Below, piece after piece: positions 56,565-64,000 of a DNA stretch of 64,000 bases (positions within the stretch are counted from its first letter, which is position 1; every line of letters begins with the position of its first letter). The position numbers and the translations under genes are program-made. The DNA lies in the NCBI GenBank assembly GCA_002269645.1, contig NIVC01000142.1, forward strand, positions 496,001 to 560,000. Direction: 5' to 3'. The notes under the pieces were generated by a model. It searched no databases. It was not told the origin of the DNA and worked only from the letters and a program-made list of their open reading frames with translations. This DNA comes from Macrostomum lignano. Lineage: Eukaryota.

Positions 56565-57360
56565 ATGAGCCTGTGAGCTGCATGGGTCAGGGACTGACTC
56601 AGCTGAGACATTGGGCTGCGAGCTGCATGGGTCAGGGACTGACTCAGCTGAGACATTGGGCTGCGAGCTGCATGGGTCAGGGACTGACTCAGCTGAGACA
56701 TGGGCCTGCGAGCTGCATGGGTCAGGGACTGACTCAGCTGAGACATTGGGCTGCGAGCTGCATGGGTCAGGGACTGACTCAGCTGAGACATTGGGCTGCG
56801 AGCTGCATGGGTCAGGGACTGACTCAGCTGAGACATTGGGCTGCGAGCTGCATGGGTCAGGGACTGACTCAGCTGAGACATTGGGCTGCGAGCTGCATGG
56901 GTCAGGGACTGACTCAGCTGAGACATTGGGCTGCGAGCTGCATGGGTCAGGGACTGACTCAGCTGAGACATTGGGCTGCGAGCTGCATGGGTCAGGGACT
57001 GACTCAGCTGAGACATTGGGCTGCGAGCTGCATGGGTCAGGGACTGACTCAGCTGAGACATGGGCCTGCGAGCTGCATGGGTCAGGGACTGACTCAGCTG
57101 AGACATTGGGCTGCGAGCTGCATGGGTCAGGGACTGACTCAGCTGAGACATGGAGCTGCGAGCTGCATGGGTCAGGGACTGACTCAGCTGAGACATGGGC
57201 CTGCGAGCTGCATGGGTCAGGGACTGACTCAGCTGAGACATTGGGCTGCGAGCTGCATGGGTCAGGGACTGACTCAGCTGAGAGATGAGCCTGCGAGCTG
57301 CATGGGTCAGGGACTGACTCAGCTGAGACATGGAGCTGCGAGCTGCATGGGTCAGGAACT
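56565..57360. repeat. 45-bp tandem repeat (GCGAGCTGCATGGGTCAGGGACTGACTCAGCTGAGACATTGGGCT), intergenic
   Basis: 17 full units; each contains TGACTCAGC and CAGCTG. Confidence 0.97.
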
Positions 57361-58410
57361 GAGCTTGATTCGAATCCCCGATGCAATGCCAATTTGAGTC
57401 ATGTGGTTAGCCGAGTGCAGAGGTGACCCTAACAAAAGCAAATTGTTTAATTGCTTGCCCTCAGCTGAGACAAATTAATCGGCTAATTAGACTACTCGGT
57501 AATTTGCAAGATTAAGCTGTTAATTTGTGTGACTCTGTCAGTAAACGCCCAAGCTGCAATTTTTTTAAACAACGAAAACGTTTTGGCAAATGCGTTTGAC
57601 ACAGCATCACAGATGCTGTTCGAAATTAGGTAAAGATTCTAAAATTAGTGAAAATGTTTAATACTGAATGAGCCATAGCTGAAGCTGCTAAATATTAAAA
57701 AAAACACACGAAGACAATTTTTAGAAACAAGCACAACAGCGTATATTGTGGATGCTGTATAATCTCTTTGATAATGGATAAATGCTAAAACCTAAACCAA
57801 AGGCGCATTGCTCATAATGCAGCTAAACCTTCGGCATATTTAGCTTGGCTGAGTCAGGTAAAGTCTCAGTGCAGAAAAAGAGAATTAGCTATGGAGAAGC
57901 GGAGGGCTTGAAGCAGTCAGTAACTCAGTAGCTATGTGAAATGTGAGTGACGCAGGTAGGTCGTTCGGGCTAAATTTAGCAACACAAAAGTTGCTTCGCG
58001 CATGTAATAAACAATGCGGGCTGGGCTGCAAAGCTAAGGGGGAGAGAGAGAACGCTCTTATATTGTTGTCTTTGAGTCGTGCTGAGTGCAAGTCTCTCTC
58101 TCTGTCCCGCGTACTGCTTGCCGTCTCTGTCCTATGCGTGGCACTGTACAGTGTTGCCATGGTAACAGAGACTATTTACCCCCTCGCGCATGGTGAGGTA
58201 GAGCAGGTTTGAAACGAGACAGGGCAGGGAGTAGGAGGGAAGGAAGCTTAAGGGGGAGGCTGAAAATCCATAAATGCAACGACTGCCACTGCACACTGCA
58301 AACTGTTAGTTCTCAGGGGCGTAGTCTTCAAGTCTGCTTGCTCTGCTCTCTCGGCTCTATTCTATCAGATACTAATTAATCAATAGCCCGAAAACCCCAG
58401 CCAAGCAAAC

Positions 58411-61400
58411 ATGTGCAACTGCTTCAACAAGTGCATGCTGATCGCCATCAATGTGGTGTTCCTCATCTTCGGCGTCGCCATCACCGCCGTGTCCATCTGG
58501 GTGATCGCCTCTCAGGGCAGCCTGTTCGAGTTCATGCAGCTGCTAACCAAGGACGTCAATGTTGATAGTAAGACCATGGACAACTATTTGAATGGCACGT
58601 CCACTCTATTGGCTGCCGCCTACATTGCCGTGGCATTCGGCGGCCTGTCAATCATCATCGGATTCTGCGGCTGCTGCGGCGCCATCAAGGAGAACGCCTG
58701 CATGCTGATCTTTGTGAGCTGCTCCCCGCTTGCTTGCTAGGGGTGAAAAAAAGTCATTTTAGACTTCCAATTATTAAGGACCCTGAAGCTAGGGTAGCGG
58801 CCCACTAATTAAGGACCCTGAAGCTAGTAGCGGCCCACTAATTGAGGACCCTGAAGCTAGTAGCGGCCCACTAATTGAGGACCCTGAAGCTAATAGCGGC
58901 CCACTAATTGAGGACCCTGAAGCTAATAGCGGCCCACTAATTGAGGACCCTGAAGCTAGTAGCGGCCCACTAATTGAGGACCCTGAAGCTATAGTAGCGG
59001 CCCACTAATTGAGGACCCTGAAGCTAGTAGCGGCCCACTAATTGAGGACCCTGAAGCTAGTAGCGGCCCACTAATTGAGGACCCTGAAGCTAGTAGCGGC
59101 CCACTAATTGAGGACCCTGAAGCTAGTAGCGGCCCACTAATTGAGGACCCTGAAGCTAGTAGCGGCCCACTAATTGAGGACCCTGAAGCTAGTAGCGGCC
59201 CACTAATTGAGGACCCTGAAGCTATAGTAGCGGCCCACTAATTGAGGACCCTGAAGCTAGTAGCGGCCCACTAATTGAGGACCCTGAAGCTATAGTAGCG
59301 GCCCACTAATTGAGGACCCTGAAGCTAGTAGCGGCCCACTAATAGAGGACCCTGAAGCTATAGTAGCGGCCCACTAATTGAGGACCCTGAAGCTATAGTA
59401 GCGGCCCACTAATAGAGGACCCTGAAGCTAGTAGCGGCCCACTAATTGAGGACCCTGAAGCTATAGTAGCGGCCCACTAATTGAGAACCCTGAAGCTAAT
59501 AGCGGCCCACTAATTGAGGACCCTGAAGCTAGTAGCGGCCCATTAATTGAGGACCCTGAAGCTATAGTAGCGGCCCACTAATTGAGAACCCTGAAGCTAG
59601 TAGCGGCCCACTAATTGAGGACCCTGAAGCTATAGTAGCGGCCCACTAATTGAGAACCCTGAAGCTAGTAGCGGCCCACTAATTGAGAACCCTGAAGCTA
59701 GTAGCGGCCCACTAATTGAGGATCCTGAAGGTAGTGGCGGCCCACTAATTAAACATTAAAGACACTGATTCCCCATTGCAGTACGCAGTTTCCATCTCCA
59801 TCATCCTTGCCGCGGAAATCGCTGGAGCTATCGTGGCCGCGGTGTTCAAAAATCAAATTAGCAAAGAGCTTAAGCCGCGCTTCATCACCCTTGAGAAGAA
59901 CCACTTCATTCCGCTGAACCAGACTCTCAGCAATGAGTCTAGCACGGACGTCACCATCACCACCTACATAAACTACCTGCAAGTTTCTGTAAGTACGAGT
60001 AAAATTCGTAGCTAACCTACTAATAGTAGTTATGTTGGAACAATAGGCGTAAGTTAATTATGCGCTATAAATTTCAGCTTGAATGCTGCGGCGTCAACAA
60101 CCAGTCGGACATCACCGGCAGCGACACCAAGTGGAGCAAATCCGAGCGCTACTACAACGGCCTGCCGCAGGTCATGCCGGTCACCTGCTGCAAGATGAAG
60201 TCGACAAAGAACGAACTGCTGTCTAAGAATGATTGGAAGAATTCGCGCGACTATTTGTCTGATCCAACGTGTCCGAACACCGGCATGAATTCGCTGACCG
60301 AGGTGAATTTCTGAGCTAAGCATGTTTTTATACTAAAGCCGTGCTTGATTGTCGTATGGACAGTTTAACAAGTAGGACTTCACCTGAGACCGGTTTCCGC
60401 TTTAAAAAGAACTGTAGCTTGATAGACATTTCCTAGTTTTTACACCTATAGATTACACCTGCCTTAATTGGGCCAGAACTGAAGGCTGCGTACGGCTGTT
60501 CAGTCAAAGGACTGGGGGGGGGGTCGCCACACACAGCCTCAATTTCCCCAGCTAATGCTGACATCCATTTTACAGCTGGGTGAGCTGAAGCAATGCAGAG
60601 TTAAGTGTCTTGCTCAAGGACACAAATTGTTCCGAATGGGTCGAGAATCGAACCCCCGACCTTTCAGTTGTGATTCCGACGCTCTAACCACAAGGCTACA
60701 ACCCCAGTTGTTTAGCACCTCAGCAAACAAAGTCTCATATTTTTAGACTTAGCAATTAGAAAGAAATAATGTCAGATAGTATATATATGGTTTTGGAGGT
60801 CGACAATGAATATTTTTTTGCAGGTGGCGAAGCAATATTTCAGCGGCTCCTCTCTTCAGAGTGCTTTTTCTGGGTGCCTTTTTTTCTAGACAGGGATGTC
60901 TTTTGGAAGCAAATTTTTGCGAAGTCCGGTTAAGAGAGCATAGTTGTGGTTTACGAATTTGTAATGTTGGTTTATGAATTTGTTTGTAATGTAATGTCTT
61001 CAATTAGATTTTTTATAAACTTTTGAACCAGCATCTCAGACGAAGCATGAAACTGCTGAAAAGTAACAAAAAGCATTGAAAATGTCAATTTCAGGGCTGC
61101 TACAACAAACTGGAAAAAACGATCGACTTTTACGCGCTGCCCATCATCATCGTCTGCGTCGTTGTCGCCGTGTTTGAGGTAATTTTAACAAAAAAATTAA
61201 ATTTGCGTGATGAGCTAAATCTATATTTATATTTATTTTAGGATTACGGAGCTATTTAGAGAATTTCATGCATTTATTTCATGTGTAAATTATCTTTACA
61301 TTTTATGCACTTTTCAATAGCAACACAAATTTAAATTATCTTTACATTTTAACAAAAATCTTTACTTAACAAAACAACTTAGAAATAGCATTTAGACTAA

Positions 61401-61711
61401 AAAAACAAATAACAGAAATATTAAACTGTAGCAATTCTTAGAAGTTGAATTAAAAAACAAATCTGGAGAGTTTCTAGTTTAACTAAACAATCGTAAAAGA
61501 TTAAATTTTAACATCCGGTTGGTTAATTAAAAAATAGAAAGTATCCGACAAAATTTGTGCATCAGAGAATGTCGCCTAAATTTTAGAAAATGCTGCTTCT
61601 ACATTTTGAGTTATGGGGACCTACCTTAATAATTTTTTCCAGATTTTCTGCGTCGTAATCGCTTCGTGCATGGTGAACAAGATTCGCAAAGATGACGGCA
61701 CCCATGTCTGA
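58411..61711 (+). CDS. Tetraspanin B (5 exons, 295 aa), intact paralog of A
   Basis: Exons 58411-58713, 59782-59988, 60078-60302, 61095-61178, 61643-61711; all phase 0 and GT-AG; same intron positions as A; GFCGCCGA, LECCG, PVTCC, CPNT, GCY. Confidence 0.92.
58775..59750. repeat. 33/36-bp tandem repeat (GAGGACCCTGAAGCTAGTAGCGGCCCACTAATT) in tetraspanin B intron 1
   Basis: About 28 units. Confidence 0.96.
60500..60706 (-). mobile_element. tRNA-derived SINE with a CORE (MIR-like) domain, in tetraspanin B intron 3
   Basis: Minus strand: A-box-like TAGCCTTGTGG, B-box-like GGTTCGATTCT, then TGTGTCCTTGAGCAAGACACTTAACTCTG...CAGCTGTAAAATGG, which resembles the MIR/AFC CORE consensus (from memory). 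3' boundary uncertain. Confidence 0.72.
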
Positions 61712-62089
61712 ACACTGAACACCGAATATCCAGTATGACAACATATATATATATTGTGTTCATCATTACAGCTGGACAGAGTACTGTATAGTAAACGGCA
61801 CTTTTAACCTCGAAGTCGTAAAAACTAACACCAGATATTTTTGTAATTTTTCATGTATTCATAAATATTTATTCTGCTTTTATTTGGGATGCACTATTTG
61901 GATGCCGTTGCTTTAACAGCGCAGATGAAACGCAAAATTAATCATCGAAGATGAGTTTTATAAAAATGAAATTTAATTATTCACGTTTGAAAAAAATACA
62001 ACAGCTAAAAAATATATTCATTCACTCAATATTCACGCAAAAGTTTTGTATAAAAACACGGGTATTGAGATTAACTCTTTAAATTATTT

Positions 62090-63300
62090 TTGATTTAAAT
62101 AACACCTACAAGTTCCATAAAAAACAAACTACAGCAGCCCTGGACAGGCCAGCTTGGCTGCTGTCAAAATGCGAGCAGAGTTGCGCAGAACAGCCCGCGC
62201 GTCCTTGAGGGTCCGAAATCTCTGCGTCTCTTAGAAGCATGCAAGTCGACAAAACGCAGACTTCTCGCCTGACCAAGCCGCCGCGGTCCTTGAAGGGAGA
62301 GAGCAGCAGCACGTCCTGCAGCGGCTCAGGACAGTACTGTTCTGCTCGGATGACGTGGCCGCCGCCAGCAGTAGGCGCCGGATGCGCAGCTCAGCTGGCA
62401 TGGTCGGAAGAGCCGGGCCCGACGGTATAGCTCGTCATTGCTGGTGCTGGTGGTGGCGGTCGGCGAGTAGTGGACACCTAAGGCGGCTCGCAGAAGTCCA
62501 GCGTGAGCGGTGTCGAGTTGCCGCTCCTGCGGGTCAGTGTCCACGTTTCAGCATTGTAAAGATCAGGAAAGCTTCTACTCGTATGACTGCCTGGAACAGC
62601 CGCCCTCTCAGCCGATCCGGCAGCGTGGGGCACTGCAGGACAGTCCGCACTGTGCGAAATGCACCCCCCCCCAAGGCATGCGCCCTGCACCGTGCCACAT
62701 CGTCTATGTTGCTTGGCACAAGACCGCCGATAGATGAACTCTTTGCAGCGAGGCAGCAACGCCGCCTGCCCTTTCGGACGGTCAGCACCATTTTGGTGTA
62801 CACGGACAGTCCAATCGCAACGGCCGCCGCCGTCATCTGGTCTAGCAGGCGTTGAGCTCCTTCATCTGAGCTAGACAGCAGCGCTAGGTCGTACGCGTAC
62901 GCTAGGATGGAGAGTCGCTTCTCGGGGTGTCGCCTGCTTGTTCTGCGGCAGAGAAAGAATCCGTTGGAGTCGTCAGGGAGGCCGGTGCGCAGTGCCCGTC
63001 TCCTGGTACAGAGCCAACACAGCCGTCACCAGTTGCTCAGGTAAGTGATACGCGCGCAGGATGGTCGTGATGACCCGCCTCATCACCGAGTCAAAGGCCT
63101 TCAGGAATTCCACGAAGATGCAAATGGTGGCTGGCCAAAATCCGTTCTGCGGGTCCAGCATCGGCTTCAGCCGCGACAGCCGAACCCTGTTAAACAGCTT
63201 AGCCATGCAGGGCATTAGTGAAATCCCGTGATACTCTCTTCTCTTCGATCTTGACGGAGCCTGGTTTCTTTGGGATCCCAACGATATGCGCAGTCCGTCA
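62090..63300 (-). mobile_element. Decayed non-LTR retrotransposon (RTE-like reverse transcriptase fragment)
   Basis: Motifs YHGISLMPCMAKLFNR, PQNGF, FVEFLKAFDSV, LSILAYAYDLALL (YADD mutated), YNAETWTL; multiple frameshifts and deletions. Confidence 0.85.
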
Positions 63301-63841
63301 CTCTGCAGGGCGCCAGCACCAGGGGCGCCAGCACCAGGGGCGCCGCCAAGGACTACTAAAGCTACTATGTACATGTTACTTTAGTCGTCCTTGAGTGCAG
63401 CGCATGCGATTGATTATTCCATGCCTACAGAGACATTGTCGGAACTCTGTTAAAGCATCATATAAGACTTCCAAAAAACCCTTGTGTTTTGCACTTCATG
63501 TCGTACATGCAATTATCGCAATCAGTTTTTTAATGCAAATAGTCAGATGGATGCTCTTACTACACCGATGGATCGTACTATACTGATACTCCAGATCGTT
63601 CTGAGAGCTGGGCTGGCTACTCAGGAGATTAGGTTTCAGACAACGCCAGAAAGATGGTGCATATACAGCTGCTAGCAAATGTTAAAATTGCTATTGTACC
63701 AGCGTACACTCATGGGTACAGGGTGAGTCTCTGCCCTACCCCCAGTTGAAAGCGATACTCAGCTAAGGAATAAATTAGCGGCTAGCTAATTAACGAAATA
63801 CTAATTTGTAACGGAATATCCTGCGACTTAACATCTCAGAA

Positions 63842-64000
63842 ATGCCCTTAAAGCTAAAGAACCTGTTTATCGGCATCGTCTCGGCGGGCCTGATAGCCGC
63901 CCTGGCCCTGCTCGGCCTGTCAATCTGGGTTGTCAGCGTCGCTCACGGCCCGCTGTTCGAGCTGATGCAGCTGCTAATGCAGGACCTGCATCCGGTAGGC
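63842..64000 (+). CDS. Tetraspanin C, 5' part only (continues beyond the window); divergent paralog
   Basis: ATG at 63842 opens MPLKLKNLFIGIVSAGLIAALALLGLSIWVVSVAHGPLFELMQLLMQDLHP, matching tetraspanin B VSIWVIASQGSLFEFMQLLTKDV. Too short for the ORF track. Confidence 0.72.
   Translation, partial: MPLKLKNLFIGIVSAGLIAALALLGLSIWVVSVAHGPLFELMQLLMQDLHPVG

Noticed and set aside
56328-57397. 354-aa and 321-aa repeat ORFs
   Set aside because: Open on both strands because the 45-bp unit lacks stops; no flanking coding context.
60620-60706. Possible tRNA gene
   Set aside because: Has A and B boxes but no convincing cloverleaf or acceptor stem, and continues into a SINE CORE-like body.

Overview
Eukaryotic (metazoan) genomic DNA with spliceosomal GT-AG introns, GC-rich exons and many tandem repeats. 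This style is most consistent with a free-living flatworm such as Macrostomum lignano (inference, not checked). Genes I could reconstruct by hand: (1) a 10-exon CENP-E-like kinesin-7 (5180-15710, +, 1998 aa) with a KEN-motif repeat tail; (2) a Shaw/Kv3-type potassium channel (18952-34393, +; possible extra terminal exon 38009-38251) whose S6 PVP hinge reads TVP; (3) a minus-strand SH3 protein with an RVxF and a C-terminal PDZ-binding motif (5' end unresolved); (4) three tandem tetraspanins (51953-56065 with a 1-nt homopolymer frameshift, 58411-61711 intact, and a third starting at 63842). Mobile DNA: a decayed mariner, several MITEs (one hAT-type nested in another element's TIR), a CORE-type tRNA-SINE and a decayed RTE-like LINE. 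Most longer introns carry their own private tandem array, and several array units contain sense-strand branch-point or 3'-splice-site-like motifs. Most long ORFs in the track are repeat artefacts. No CRISPR, rRNA or intact tRNA genes were seen.
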